The notes: generated from the sequence alone by a model not told the origin. A stretch of DNA of 56,553 nucleotides from Minisyncoccota bacterium (GCA_035403785.1 DAONFW010000006.1:1-56553); one strand, 5' to 3'; counted from the first letter of the stretch, positions 9,070 through 19,038 are shown. Numbers and translations: made by a program.

Positions 9070-9095
9070 TCACAAGCAAGTTAGTGAAAAAATAA

Positions 9096-9117
9096 AAAAC
9101 CTAAAATATTAGGTTTT
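9096..9117. terminator. bidirectional hairpin terminator downstream of tRNA-Leu
   Basis: 9-bp stem AAAACCTAA / TTAGGTTTT with a 4-nt loop, flanked by A and T runs on both sides. Confidence 0.6.
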
Positions 9118-9123
9118 ATTCTG

Positions 9124-9207
9124 TGCCGCGGGAGAGACTTGAACTCTCATGGGGTTGCCCCCGAACGATTTTGAGTCGTTTGCGTCTACCAATTCCGCCA
9201 CCACGGC
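9124..9207 (-). tRNA. tRNA-Leu (anticodon CAA)
   Basis: The reverse complement folds as a class II tRNA: acceptor GCCGTGG/CCGCGGC, D arm GCGGAATTGGTAGACGC, anticodon loop CTCAAAA, long variable arm, T arm GAGAG-TTCAAGT-CTCTC. Confidence 0.9.
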
Positions 9208-9291
9208 ATTTGCACTTCAATTCACATATTCTACACAATTCTTTTATAAAAATCAATTTTAAAATAAAATTTTTTGTGATAAAATATCTTC

Positions 9292-10308
9292 ATGTCTAAT
9301 TTATATTCCAACTCAATATTCTGGATCGACACTGATAAAATAAAGCCAAATCCATATCAACCAAGAAAAGAATTCGATGAAGCAAGACTTCAAGATCTAG
9401 CTGAGTCTATAAAGCAATATGGCGTTCTTCAGCCACTTGTCGTTTCTAGGGTAGAAAAAGAAAAAGACGATGGTGGTATGATTACAGAATATGAATTGAT
9501 AGCCGGCGAAAGAAGATTGCGCGCTGCCACTTTGGCTAGAGTTTCCCAAGTTCCAGCTATTATTAGAGTTGGAGATTCTAGCATGATGAAACTAGAATTG
9601 GCTATTATTGAAAACTTACAACGTGAAGATTTGAATGTAGTTGATAGAGCAAGGGCTTTCTTTCAACTAGCTAACGAATTTAAATTTACTCACAGTGAAA
9701 TTGCAAAGAAAATGGGACGCAGTCGTGAGTATGTTTCTAACACTTTGCGTATTTTGTCTCTTCCAGAAGAAATTTTACAAGCTTTGTCTGAAGGAAAAAT
9801 AACAGAAGGGCACACGAGACCAATTTTGATGCTTGTGGACCATCCAGAAGAGCAAATAGTTTTGTTTAAAGAAATAGTTTACAAAAAAATTACTGTTCGT
9901 GAAGCTGAAAAGTTAGCAAGGAAAATTGCTTATGACAGAGTTCGTAAGAAAGAATTCATGCCAGATCCAGAAATAGTAGAAATCGAAGAAGAATTTCAAG
10001 ACAAATTGGGCACCAGAGTGCATATAGAAAGAAAAGAAAATGGCGGACAAATTAAAATAGATTTCTTTTCAAACGAAGATTTGAGAACGATTTTGGATTT
10101 GATTAGTAAAACAAATTCAGAAAAAAAGCCAACTGAGATGCTAGAGAAATATATTGCCAAAGAAGAAGGAGAAGAAGGGAGCAATAATATTACCAGATCT
10201 GAATCTGTAGAAAATTCTAACGAAACGTCGTTACTCGACGATAGAACAAAAGAAGAAAAAAAAGAAGACGAAACTGAACTTTATGACATTTCGAATTTTA
10301 GTGTTTAG
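9292..10308 (+). CDS. parB: ParB/Spo0J-type partition protein
   Basis: ParB box (GVLQPLVV, IAGERRLRAA), an HTH region, and an acidic C-terminal extension. No parA is adjacent. Confidence 0.88.
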   Translation: MSNLYSNSIFWIDTDKIKPNPYQPRKEFDEARLQDLAESIKQYGVLQPLVVSRVEKEKDDGGMITEYELIAGERRLRAATLARVSQVPAIIRVGDSSMMKLELAIIENLQREDLNVVDRARAFFQLANEFKFTHSEIAKKMGRSREYVSNTLRILSLPEEILQALSEGKITEGHTRPILMLVDHPEEQIVLFKEIVYKKITVREAEKLARKIAYDRVRKKEFMPDPEIVEIEEEFQDKLGTRVHIERKENGGQIKIDFFSNEDLRTILDLISKTNSEKKPTEMLEKYIAKEEGEEGSNNITRSESVENSNETSLLDDRTKEEKKEDETELYDISNFSV

Positions 10309-11768
10309 TTTTTACCGAAATTTTTAAGTCTGTTTAATAAACTATTTTTATCTAAATAACTTTTGATATTCTTTTTTGCTGTGGTTGTTTTTACATAATT
10401 AAGCCACTTGCTAGATGGGTGAGAGTCTTTTTTGGTCACAATTTCTACAATGTCTCCATTTTTTAATTTAGTATCAAGAGGAGACATTCTTCCACTAATT
10501 TTTGCGCTAGAAATATGATTGCCGATGTCAGAGTGAATCATATAAGCAAAATCTATTGGAGTAGAATCAACTGGTAAATCTACAACGTCACCCTTAGGTG
10601 TAAAAATAAAAATTCTATGACTGAAAAAATCTGTTCTTAAATTATCTAAAAACTGCTTAGGATCAACCTCGAAATTCTTTAAGCTTTTTAAACCTTCAAG
10701 CCATTCTAGTTTTGATTTATCTAATTTTATGCTGCCTTTTTCTTTGTATGCAAAGTGAGCTGCTATACCATAAGCTGCTTCTGCATGCATTTCTTTTGTT
10801 CTAATTTGTATTTCAACTATTCCGCCAGAACCAGTGAAAATAGTAGTATGAATAGATTGATAGCCGTTTGGTTTTGGTACTGCAATGTAGTCTTTTATCC
10901 TGCCTGGAAGTGGTCGCCATAAAGAATGAACCAATCCTAAAACTTTATAACAATCTGATATATCTTCTACTACGACACGTAGTGCGATTATATCGTAGAT
11001 TTTTTCTATGTCCATATTGTATCTCTGTAATTTTTTCCAAAGGCTGTATTTGTTTTTTATTCTATAAGTAAGTTCAGAAACTTTTATATTTTCTTCTTTC
11101 AAAACTTTTTCGAGCTCACTTCTAACCTCGTCCATTTCTTTTTGGAAAGATTCTTTTTTCTCTTTTATTATTTCTTCTATTTCTGCGTATTCTTTTGGAT
11201 AAGCAAAAGGGAAGGCAGCGTCTTCGATTTCTCCTTTTAGTTTTCCCATTCCAAGTCTATTTGCAAGGGCTGCGTATACTTCAATAGATTCTAATGCGAT
11301 TCTTTTTCTTTTATCTTCACGTATATATTCCAAAGTTCTAAGATTGTGTAATCTGTCTGCAAGTTTAATGATCACGACGCGCAAGTCGTTTGCCATAGCG
11401 ACGAAAAATTTACGCAAACTTTCAACGTGTCTTTCACGTCCGTGATATTTCAAAGTGCCAAGTTTTGTAACTCCTTTTACTAAAAAAACTATTTCTTCAC
11501 CGAATTTTTCAGTTAGTTTTTTTTCAGAAATTTTTGTATCTTCCAATACATCATGCAAGAGACCCGCAGCAATTGTCTTTGCGTCCATGCCTATTTTTGC
11601 AAGATTTTTTGCTGTTTCAAAAACATGCACGAAATATGGATCTCCGCTAGAACGTTTCTGGTCTTTGTGTGCTTCTTGAGCAAAATCAAAAGCTTCCTGA
11701 ATTAATTTTTTATCTTTTTCAGAAACTCCGCCAGGTATTAAATCAAAAATTTCTTTTATATCTGACAT
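10305..11768 (-). CDS. rel: short bifunctional RelA/SpoT-homolog (p)ppGpp synthetase/hydrolase
   Basis: HD hydrolase motif (HDVLEDT), RelA/SpoT synthetase core and a TGS domain (GDVVDLPVDSTPIDFAY). It ends after TGS at 487 aa. Confidence 0.88.
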   Translation of the reverse strand: MSDIKEIFDLIPGGVSEKDKKLIQEAFDFAQEAHKDQKRSSGDPYFVHVFETAKNLAKIGMDAKTIAAGLLHDVLEDTKISEKKLTEKFGEEIVFLVKGVTKLGTLKYHGRERHVESLRKFFVAMANDLRVVIIKLADRLHNLRTLEYIREDKRKRIALESIEVYAALANRLGMGKLKGEIEDAAFPFAYPKEYAEIEEIIKEKKESFQKEMDEVRSELEKVLKEENIKVSELTYRIKNKYSLWKKLQRYNMDIEKIYDIIALRVVVEDISDCYKVLGLVHSLWRPLPGRIKDYIAVPKPNGYQSIHTTIFTGSGGIVEIQIRTKEMHAEAAYGIAAHFAYKEKGSIKLDKSKLEWLEGLKSLKNFEVDPKQFLDNLRTDFFSHRIFIFTPKGDVVDLPVDSTPIDFAYMIHSDIGNHISSAKISGRMSPLDTKLKNGDIVEIVTKKDSHPSSKWLNYVKTTTAKKNIKSYLDKNSLLNRLKNFGKN

Positions 11769-11809
11769 GTATAAATAACATTATATCACTATTTTAAATT
11801 TTTGGTTAT

Positions 11810-14014
11810 CTATTTTTGTTTATCTAATTTATGCGGATTGTGATTTACACAAGATTTATTAGAACATCTTTCTGGAATAGTTTTCGTGCCTTCCATCATT
11901 AGGCTTCCGCATAATTCGCAAATTCTTCCAGTTGGTTTTGCTTTGATCGCATTTTTACAGTCAGGGTAATTAGAACAAGAATAGAAAATTCCAAATCTTC
12001 CTCTGCGTTCCATCATTTCGCCTTTTTTGCAAACAGGACAGATTACGCCAGTTAATTTTTTCTTTAATTCTTCTTCATCTTGTTTTATAAATTTACATTT
12101 TGGATATCTAGAACAAGAAATGAAAGTTCCAAATCTTCCTTCGCGAACTACTAACTTTCCGCCACCATTTTTGCCAGTTTTGTCTCCACATTCTGGACAT
12201 TTTTCCCCAGTTTCTTTGGGACCAGCCATTTCTGTGCCATTTAGTTTCAAAGCTCCAGTACAGTCTGGGTAATTAGAACAAGAATAAAACTTTCCAGTTC
12301 TGGCTAGTTTAATTATCATTTTACTACCACATTTTGGGCATTTTATGTTATTAGGCGCTTCGCCAAGATTAGTCGCTTTCTTTAATTTATCTTTTTCTTT
12401 TACTTCTTTCAAAAACGGCCCGTAAAAATCTTTTAGAGTTTTGGTATAATCTCTTTCGCCGTTTGCTATTTCGTCTAATTCATTTTCCATCTCAGCTGTA
12501 AAAGTATCTGAAATATATTTAGCAAAATTATTTTCAAGAAAATCAGAAACAACTTCACCTGTATCAGTAGGGAATAAAGTTCTGCCTTCTTTTTGCACAT
12601 ATTCTCTATCTTCAAGAGTTTTCATAATAGAAGCATAAGTAGATGGTCTGCCAATTCCTCGCGCTTCTAATTCTTTTACAAGACCAGCTTCGGTGTATCT
12701 GTTTGGCGGTTCTGTAAACTTTTCTTCGTTTATCAAATCTAATAATTCTAATTTCTCACCAATCTGCATTTTTGGTAATTCAACATCTTCACCTCGTGCA
12801 GCTTGATCAACAGAAAGCCAACCATCAAATAAAATTCTTGAACCAATAGCAGAAAAATCTGGGATTATATCTTTTTCAGTATTTGCTATAACTTTTGTTT
12901 TCAATAATTTGGCATCAGACATTTGCGAAGCGACAGTTCTTTCCCAAATCAGTCTATATAATTTTTGTTGATCAATAGATCCGGCATGCTCTACATTAAT
13001 ATGTGTTGGTCTAATAGCTTCGTGCGCCTCTTGTGCATTTTTTGATTTGGTTTTAAAAATTCTAGCTTCAGAATATTTTGTGCCGAAGTTTTTATCAATA
13101 TAAGAAAGTATCTGTGCCTGCGCTTGTTTAGACAAATTAGTGCTGTCAGTTCTCATATATGTAATATGCCCAGCTTCGTAAAGTTTTTGCGCTAGTTGCA
13201 TGGTTCTAGAAGGCGAATAACCCAAACGCGAGCTGGCAGTTTGCTGAAGTGTAGAAGTTGTAAACGGTGCACGAGGTGAACGCTTTTGTTCAGATTCTTT
13301 TATATCTTTTACTAACCAATTTCCTGATTTAGCTTCAGAAACTATTTTTTCCATTTCTTTCTCATCTCGTGGCTCTTCTGCACAGTCTAGTTTTATTTTA
13401 GATTTATTTTGAGTTTCAAAAAGTCCAGAAATTCTCCAAAACTTTTCTGGTACAAAAGCGCGAATTTCTCTTTCGCGTTCCATTATTATTCTAAGAGCCG
13501 GAGATTGCACTCGTCCCGCAGAAAGTCCATATCTAACTTTTTTCCAAATTAAACCAGACAAATCATAACCAACAAGTCTGTCTAGAACTCTTCTCGCTTC
13601 CTGTGCTTTTACTAATTTTTGATCTATATCTCTTGGATTTTTGATAGCTTCTGAAACTGCATCTTTTGTAATTTCATGAAAAGCCACTCTTTTGATCGGC
13701 GCTTTAATTTTTTTATCTTCATCTATTAGTTCTTTCAAGTGCCAAGAAATAGCCTCTCCTTCACGATCAGGGTCTGTCGCAAGTAAAATTTCGTCAGATT
13801 TTTTTGATAAATCTTTTAATTCTTTTACAACTTTTTCTTTGCCTTTTGAAATTTCGTAATGCGGAATAAAACCAGCTTCAATATCGATGGCTTTTTTGTT
13901 TGATTTTGGTAAATCACGAATATGACCGACAGAAGCGCGGACTGTGTATTTACCGTCTAAATATTTCTCAATAGTCTTCGCTTTTGAAGGTGACTCAACG
14001 ATTAATAATTTCAT
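11810..14014 (-). CDS. topA: DNA topoisomerase I
   Basis: TOPRIM N-terminus (KLLIVESPSKAKTI), the active-site Tyr region (GHITYMRTDS), and four C-terminal C4 zinc ribbons. Confidence 0.95.
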   Translation of the reverse strand: MKLLIVESPSKAKTIEKYLDGKYTVRASVGHIRDLPKSNKKAIDIEAGFIPHYEISKGKEKVVKELKDLSKKSDEILLATDPDREGEAISWHLKELIDEDKKIKAPIKRVAFHEITKDAVSEAIKNPRDIDQKLVKAQEARRVLDRLVGYDLSGLIWKKVRYGLSAGRVQSPALRIIMEREREIRAFVPEKFWRISGLFETQNKSKIKLDCAEEPRDEKEMEKIVSEAKSGNWLVKDIKESEQKRSPRAPFTTSTLQQTASSRLGYSPSRTMQLAQKLYEAGHITYMRTDSTNLSKQAQAQILSYIDKNFGTKYSEARIFKTKSKNAQEAHEAIRPTHINVEHAGSIDQQKLYRLIWERTVASQMSDAKLLKTKVIANTEKDIIPDFSAIGSRILFDGWLSVDQAARGEDVELPKMQIGEKLELLDLINEEKFTEPPNRYTEAGLVKELEARGIGRPSTYASIMKTLEDREYVQKEGRTLFPTDTGEVVSDFLENNFAKYISDTFTAEMENELDEIANGERDYTKTLKDFYGPFLKEVKEKDKLKKATNLGEAPNNIKCPKCGSKMIIKLARTGKFYSCSNYPDCTGALKLNGTEMAGPKETGEKCPECGDKTGKNGGGKLVVREGRFGTFISCSRYPKCKFIKQDEEELKKKLTGVICPVCKKGEMMERRGRFGIFYSCSNYPDCKNAIKAKPTGRICELCGSLMMEGTKTIPERCSNKSCVNHNPHKLDKQK

Positions 14015-14176
14015 TATTGCCTAAGTATTACACGAAAAGCTATTTTTTTGCAAATTCTCACATGTTTTTATATGTGTAAATACCCCCTTTACAAAATAAA
14101 TAAATCTGATATAATCAAAGCAAACTTGTAAATTCACATAATAGTTCAAAAAATAATAACCTAAAAACCAAATCTT

Positions 14177-14857
14177 ATGAAAAAATCTGTTTGGACAACA
14201 TTCGTGTTGTTTATTTTTGCATCTTTAATGGCTTTTTTGTCGTCATGTAAAACGGGTCAATTACAACAACCAATAATACTGACTCAATTTAGTCAGAAAT
14301 TAATTGATGATTACGCACTTACTAACGATCAGATTTTGTCACTTCAATTCTTTAATGGGCCAGATACAATTCCCATAACCCTTAAAAGACGGTGGTATGA
14401 CGAAACTAAATCAATCATTGATGGACAGTTGATTTATTCAAAAACTGAACATCGTGACTCAATCATTATTCAACCTTTTACTAAAGGTCGGGGGTTAGAA
14501 TATGATTCAATCGTGCACTTATTAAAGATTAGTTTCGGTGCCGATAGTGCATACGTTGTTTTTGGTCCTGCGGATAATAAAGAAGGGAATTTTATTTTAT
14601 ACTCCCTTAAAGGAACAAATCCACCGAAAACTAATTATGGTTCCATCAGGTATACCATTACATCAGGTGCTTATGGAGCAAGTAAACTTTTTATAGTTTT
14701 CAACAACGAGAAAAAACCGGATTTCAAAGGACGTGTTGAACCTGGTGCTAATCAACAAAATTACAACCAGCCAGTTGATGACCAAAGAACAACTAACAAA
14801 CCATCTGTTCCTGTCGATACAAATTCAGTTAAACAACCTGGTCCGAATGATTATTAG
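14177..14857 (+). CDS. lipoprotein, unknown function
   Basis: Signal peptide with a lipobox-like LSSC. Own promoter TTTACA-16-TGATATAAT (14088-14115) and own terminator. Visibly less AT-rich than its neighbours. Confidence 0.6.
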   Translation: MKKSVWTTFVLFIFASLMAFLSSCKTGQLQQPIILTQFSQKLIDDYALTNDQILSLQFFNGPDTIPITLKRRWYDETKSIIDGQLIYSKTEHRDSIIIQPFTKGRGLEYDSIVHLLKISFGADSAYVVFGPADNKEGNFILYSLKGTNPPKTNYGSIRYTITSGAYGASKLFIVFNNEKKPDFKGRVEPGANQQNYNQPVDDQRTTNKPSVPVDTNSVKQPGPNDY

Positions 14858-14884
14858 CCGTAGCCGTTGGGTTATTAAAACCGA

Positions 14885-14927
14885 AAAGCCCCAAGCTTTC
14901 TGTAAGGATAGTTTGGGCTTTTTTATT
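14885..14927 (+). terminator. intrinsic terminator after the lipoprotein gene
   Basis: AAAGCCCCAA ... TTTGGGCTTT stem (one bulge) followed by a T run. Confidence 0.65.
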
Positions 14928-14932
14928 TAAAT

Positions 14933-15796
14933 TTAGCTAGTTCTAATTTCTCCGTATTCTTCTTTTATCAAACCTTTTATTTCCATAACAGAAAGCAAAG
15001 AATTTGCAGTTTGAATTGGCATTTTCATTGCACGAGTTAAGTCATCGCGAGACATCGGTTCGCGCAAAAGTTTCAAAACTATTTTTTCTTCTAGTGAAGA
15101 TTCTTCAAAAAGTTTTTTCTGTTTATCTTCTTCTGGATTTTTAATTTCAAATCCAAGATTTTCTAAAACATCTTCTGAACTTGTTATTGGTATCGCACCC
15201 AATTTTAATAAACTGTTTGTGCCTTTTGAATTTTGAGAAAAAATTGAACCTGGTATAGTCATTACATCTCTATTATAATCAGTTGCAAGTCTCGCTGTAA
15301 TTAAAGTTCCAGATTTTTCTTCGGCTTCTATTATTAGAACAGCTTTTGATATTCCAGCCATCAATCTGTTTCTTTGCGGAAAAGACCAAAGCGTTGCTTT
15401 AAAATCTGGTTCAAATTCTGAAATAAAACAACCGTAATTTTCTAAAATTTCATCCATTAATTTTAAATTAGTTTTTGGGTAAATTGCATTTTTTGAAAGT
15501 CCTGAACCTGGAAACACTAAAGTCTTAAGTCCAACCTGAAGCGCTTTTTTATGAGCAATACTATCAATTCCCATAGCAAAACCAGAAACGATTACTATGG
15601 GATAACCTTTTAACCCAGCTATTATTTTTTCGCAGGCTTCTTTACCATAAGAAGTGAACTTTCTAGAACCAACTATGCACAAATATGTGTAATCTTCTGG
15701 AGGTAATTCGCCTAAAATCCAGAGATCTTTTGGTGGCTGAGGAATTTCAAAAAATACTTTTGGGAACTTTTCTTTTGAAAGTTTTTGAATTTGCAT
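14933..15796 (-). CDS. dprA: DNA-processing protein DprA/Smf
   Basis: Rossmann-like DprA core (IVGSRKFTSYGK, IVSGFAMGIDSIAH) plus a C-terminal winged-helix-like tail. Confidence 0.88.
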   Translation of the reverse strand: MQIQKLSKEKFPKVFFEIPQPPKDLWILGELPPEDYTYLCIVGSRKFTSYGKEACEKIIAGLKGYPIVIVSGFAMGIDSIAHKKALQVGLKTLVFPGSGLSKNAIYPKTNLKLMDEILENYGCFISEFEPDFKATLWSFPQRNRLMAGISKAVLIIEAEEKSGTLITARLATDYNRDVMTIPGSIFSQNSKGTNSLLKLGAIPITSSEDVLENLGFEIKNPEEDKQKKLFEESSLEEKIVLKLLREPMSRDDLTRAMKMPIQTANSLLSVMEIKGLIKEEYGEIRTS

Positions 15797-15802
15797 TTTG
15801 AA

Positions 15803-15826
15803 ATTATAGCAGATTTTGTGTATAAT
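15803..15826. promoter_or_regulatory. back-to-back divergent -10 boxes for dprA and serS
   Basis: TGCTATAAT on the minus strand (hexamer 15803-15808) sits 6 nt from the dprA ATG. TATAAT on the plus strand (15821-15826) sits 6 nt from the serS ATG. Confidence 0.6.
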
Positions 15827-15832
15827 AAAAAA

Positions 15833-17098
15833 ATGTTAGATATAAAATTCATTAGAGAGAATAAAGAAATAGTTCAGGCTGGAGCAAAGAAAAAGAATGT
15901 CGATATAGATATAGAAAAATTAGTTGCTCTAGATGACCAAAGATTAAAAGAATTGAAAGAAGTCGAAGATATTCGTGGTGAAATTAATCGTGTCTCTAAT
16001 GACATTGCGCGTGATCAAGATCCTGCTCTTAAAATACAGCTTATTGAAGAAATGCGTGCAGTGAAAGAAGATTTAAAACAGAAAGAAGAGAAGCTAAAAG
16101 TTACTCTAGACGATTGGCAAAAAATGATGTTGCAAGTTCCAAACGTTCCAGATATTTCTGTGCCAGCCGGTAATACAGATGAAGAAAATCAGGAAATAAA
16201 AAGTTGGGGAGAAAAAACAGCTTTTACTTTTGATCCAAAAGATCACACAGAAATAATGACTACTTTAAAAATGTGTGATTTTGAAAGAGGCACAAAAGTG
16301 CATGGTTTCAGAGGATATTATCTAACCGGCGACGGCGCAAGATTATCTTTTGCGATTTGGAATTATGCATTAGATTTTTTTAGTGCAAGAGGTTTTAATC
16401 CTGTTATTCCGCCAGTGATAGTTAGAAAACAAAATTTATATGGCACAGCACATTTACCAGGAGACGTTGAAGATTTTTATGTTACTCAGGACGGTGACGC
16501 CCTTGCTGGTACCGCAGAAGTGCCGGTTATGGGAATGCACGCCGGAGAAGTTTTAGATAAAAATTCTTTCCCGATAAAATATCTAGGATTTTCGCCGTGT
16601 TTTAGAAGAGAAGCTGGAAGTCACGGAAAAGACGTTAAAGGTCTGATTAGAGTTCACGAATTTTATAAATTTGAGCAAGTAGTTTTGTGTGAAGCTAGTC
16701 ATGAAACTTCTGTAAAATTACATGAAGAAATAAATAGAAATACAGAAGAATTTATTGAATCTTTAAAAATACCCTACAGAACTGTTATAAACTGTGGTGG
16801 AGATTTAGGTTTAGGACAAGTAAAGAAATACGACATAGAACTTTGGGTGCCAAAAGAAGAAAAATATAGAGAGATTAGCTCAGCTTCTTATTTCCATGAT
16901 TTTCAGTGCAGGAGATTTAGTATTAGATACAAAGATGAAGCTGGCAAAATGCACTATGCGCATTCTTTGAATTCTACTGCAATACCAACTCCGAGAATTC
17001 TTGTTTCACTCATAGAAAATTATCAACAAGCAGATGGCTCAGTAAAAATTCCAGAGGTTTTGCAGAAATATATGGGTGGCAAAGAATTTATAAAATAG
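15833..17098 (+). CDS. serS: seryl-tRNA synthetase
   Basis: N-terminal coiled-coil arm and class II core motifs (FRREAGSHGKD, GLIRVHEF, TAIPTPR). Start at MLDIKFIRENKE. Confidence 0.95.
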   Translation: MLDIKFIRENKEIVQAGAKKKNVDIDIEKLVALDDQRLKELKEVEDIRGEINRVSNDIARDQDPALKIQLIEEMRAVKEDLKQKEEKLKVTLDDWQKMMLQVPNVPDISVPAGNTDEENQEIKSWGEKTAFTFDPKDHTEIMTTLKMCDFERGTKVHGFRGYYLTGDGARLSFAIWNYALDFFSARGFNPVIPPVIVRKQNLYGTAHLPGDVEDFYVTQDGDALAGTAEVPVMGMHAGEVLDKNSFPIKYLGFSPCFRREAGSHGKDVKGLIRVHEFYKFEQVVLCEASHETSVKLHEEINRNTEEFIESLKIPYRTVINCGGDLGLGQVKKYDIELWVPKEEKYREISSASYFHDFQCRRFSIRYKDEAGKMHYAHSLNSTAIPTPRILVSLIENYQQADGSVKIPEVLQKYMGGKEFIK

Positions 17099-17123
17099 GA
17101 ATAATTTAATTAGATAAATTAGA

Positions 17124-18050
17124 ATGAAAAAAAAGAGCATTCTAGAAACTCCGCGGTTAAAAGAGCTTAAAAAAAAGAAACGAAAGAAAATTTATAAAAA
17201 AATTGTAATTTTTGCTGTATTTTTTTTAGTTTTTTTAACTGGTTTAGTTTTTTTGTCACATTGGAAAGAAATTAAAATTCAAGATATTCAAGTAGAAGGG
17301 AACAAAATAGTTGAATCGAAAGATGTAAAAAATGTAGCTGATAGTTATATTCAAGGGAAATATCTTGGTCTCTTCCCAAAAAATAATTCTTTTATTTATC
17401 CTGAAAAGAAAATTAAAAAAGATTTAGAAGAAAAGTACAGAAGATTGAAAAATGTAAACGTAGAAGTTGATGCTAATGATTTGAAAACCCTTTGGATTTC
17501 CGTTTCAGAATATGATGGGGAATATATGTGGTGTGGAGAGCAGATAATAAGTGACAGTATTGATCAACAATGTTACTTTTTAGATTCTAACGGTTATATT
17601 TTTGACAAAGCACCATATTTTTCCGGAGATGTTTACTTTAAATTTTATGGAAACTCTGATTTTGATTTACTAAACCCAATCGGCTCATATTTTTTGCCAG
17701 ATTATTTCAGTAAATTAGTTTCTTTTAAAGATGCCGTTGAAAAAATGAACTTAAAACCGGTGGTTTTTAATTTAGAAGACAAAGAAGCAAATGAAGGTGG
17801 ACTTTATTTATTTAACTCAAGCCAGGTTCCAAACGCACCAAAAATCTTATTTAAACTAGATTCAGATTATGAAAAAATCGAAGAAAACTTACAGTCAGCC
17901 ATCACAACAGAGCCACTGCAAACTAGTTTAAAAAATAGTCTAAGTAATTTAAATTATATAGATTTAAGATTTGGAAATAAAATATATTATAAATTCAAGC
18001 AGAATCAAAATAAAAATGATAGAGAAACAGAACTTGTGGCAGAAAATTAA
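17124..18050 (+). CDS. ftsQ: FtsQ-like cell-division protein (TM + POTRA)
   Basis: Basic N-terminus, a single TM helix, a POTRA-like segment (IQDIQVEGNKIVESKDV) and a beta-rich C-terminal domain. Confidence 0.65.
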   Translation: MKKKSILETPRLKELKKKKRKKIYKKIVIFAVFFLVFLTGLVFLSHWKEIKIQDIQVEGNKIVESKDVKNVADSYIQGKYLGLFPKNNSFIYPEKKIKKDLEEKYRRLKNVNVEVDANDLKTLWISVSEYDGEYMWCGEQIISDSIDQQCYFLDSNGYIFDKAPYFSGDVYFKFYGNSDFDLLNPIGSYFLPDYFSKLVSFKDAVEKMNLKPVVFNLEDKEANEGGLYLFNSSQVPNAPKILFKLDSDYEKIEENLQSAITTEPLQTSLKNSLSNLNYIDLRFGNKIYYKFKQNQNKNDRETELVAEN

Positions 18051-19026
18051 AAAACCGTTCTTTTGTCTTGCACCGATGTCTGATGTGACAGATATTGCTT
18101 TTCGTGAAATGTTGGCGCGATACGGCAAAGATAGAGAAAACAAAGATTCTGTAATTTTTTGGACAGAATTCGTGGCAGCAGATGGTTTATGTAATAAATT
18201 TGCTAGAAAAAAATTAGCGCACATTTTAGAATTTTCTGAAAAAGAAAGACCAATAATAGCGCAGGTTTTTGGCGCAAATCCAGAAAATATGAAAAAAGCT
18301 TGTCAGTATATAGCGAGTTTAGACTTTGATGGTATTGATATTAATATGGGATGTCCAGACAAATCTGTGATTAGCCAGGGAGCTGGATCTGCTTTAATCA
18401 AAAATTCAAAATTATCAAAAGAAATAATTCAAGCTGCACGAGATGGCATAAAAGCAACAGGCAAGAATATTCCAGTTTCTGTAAAAACACGAATTGGTTT
18501 TAACAAAAAAGAAGAATTAGAAAATTGGATTTCTGAAATATTAAAAACAGAAATCAGCGCGCTAACAGTGCATTTGCGTACAACAAAAGAAATGTCAAAA
18601 GTCCCAGCTCATTGGGAATTAATGGAAAAAGTAATAAAATTAAGAAACAAAATTTCCCCGGAAACTTTAATAATCGGAAACGGTGATGTGCAGAATATTA
18701 AAGAAGCAAGAGAAAAAATAAATAAATATAAATGCGACGGTATTATGATCGGTCGTGGAGTTTTTGGTAATCCATGGTTTTTTTCTTCAAATCAAAATCA
18801 AGAAATTAGTTTAGAAGAAAAATTAAAAGTTATGCTAGAGCATACAGAGATTTTTGATAAAAAATTATTGCAGCCTAAACATAAAAATTTTGATGTTATG
18901 AAAAAACACTTTAAAGCATACGTGAACGGTTTTGATGGCGCAAAAGAACTCAGAATAAAACTTATGGATACAAAAGATAGTAAAGAAGTAAAAAAAATAG
19001 TAAATAGCTTTTTAAAACAAATTTGA
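18016..19026 (+). CDS. dus: tRNA-dihydrouridine synthase
   Basis: FCLAPMSDVTD N-terminal motif and a TIM-barrel FMN-type core (GIDINMGCP). The start is chosen at MIEKQNLW and overlaps the ftsQ 3' end. Confidence 0.88.
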   Translation: MIEKQNLWQKIKKPFFCLAPMSDVTDIAFREMLARYGKDRENKDSVIFWTEFVAADGLCNKFARKKLAHILEFSEKERPIIAQVFGANPENMKKACQYIASLDFDGIDINMGCPDKSVISQGAGSALIKNSKLSKEIIQAARDGIKATGKNIPVSVKTRIGFNKKEELENWISEILKTEISALTVHLRTTKEMSKVPAHWELMEKVIKLRNKISPETLIIGNGDVQNIKEAREKINKYKCDGIMIGRGVFGNPWFFSSNQNQEISLEEKLKVMLEHTEIFDKKLLQPKHKNFDVMKKHFKAYVNGFDGAKELRIKLMDTKDSKEVKKIVNSFLKQI

Positions 19027-19038
19027 TAGAATAAACAC

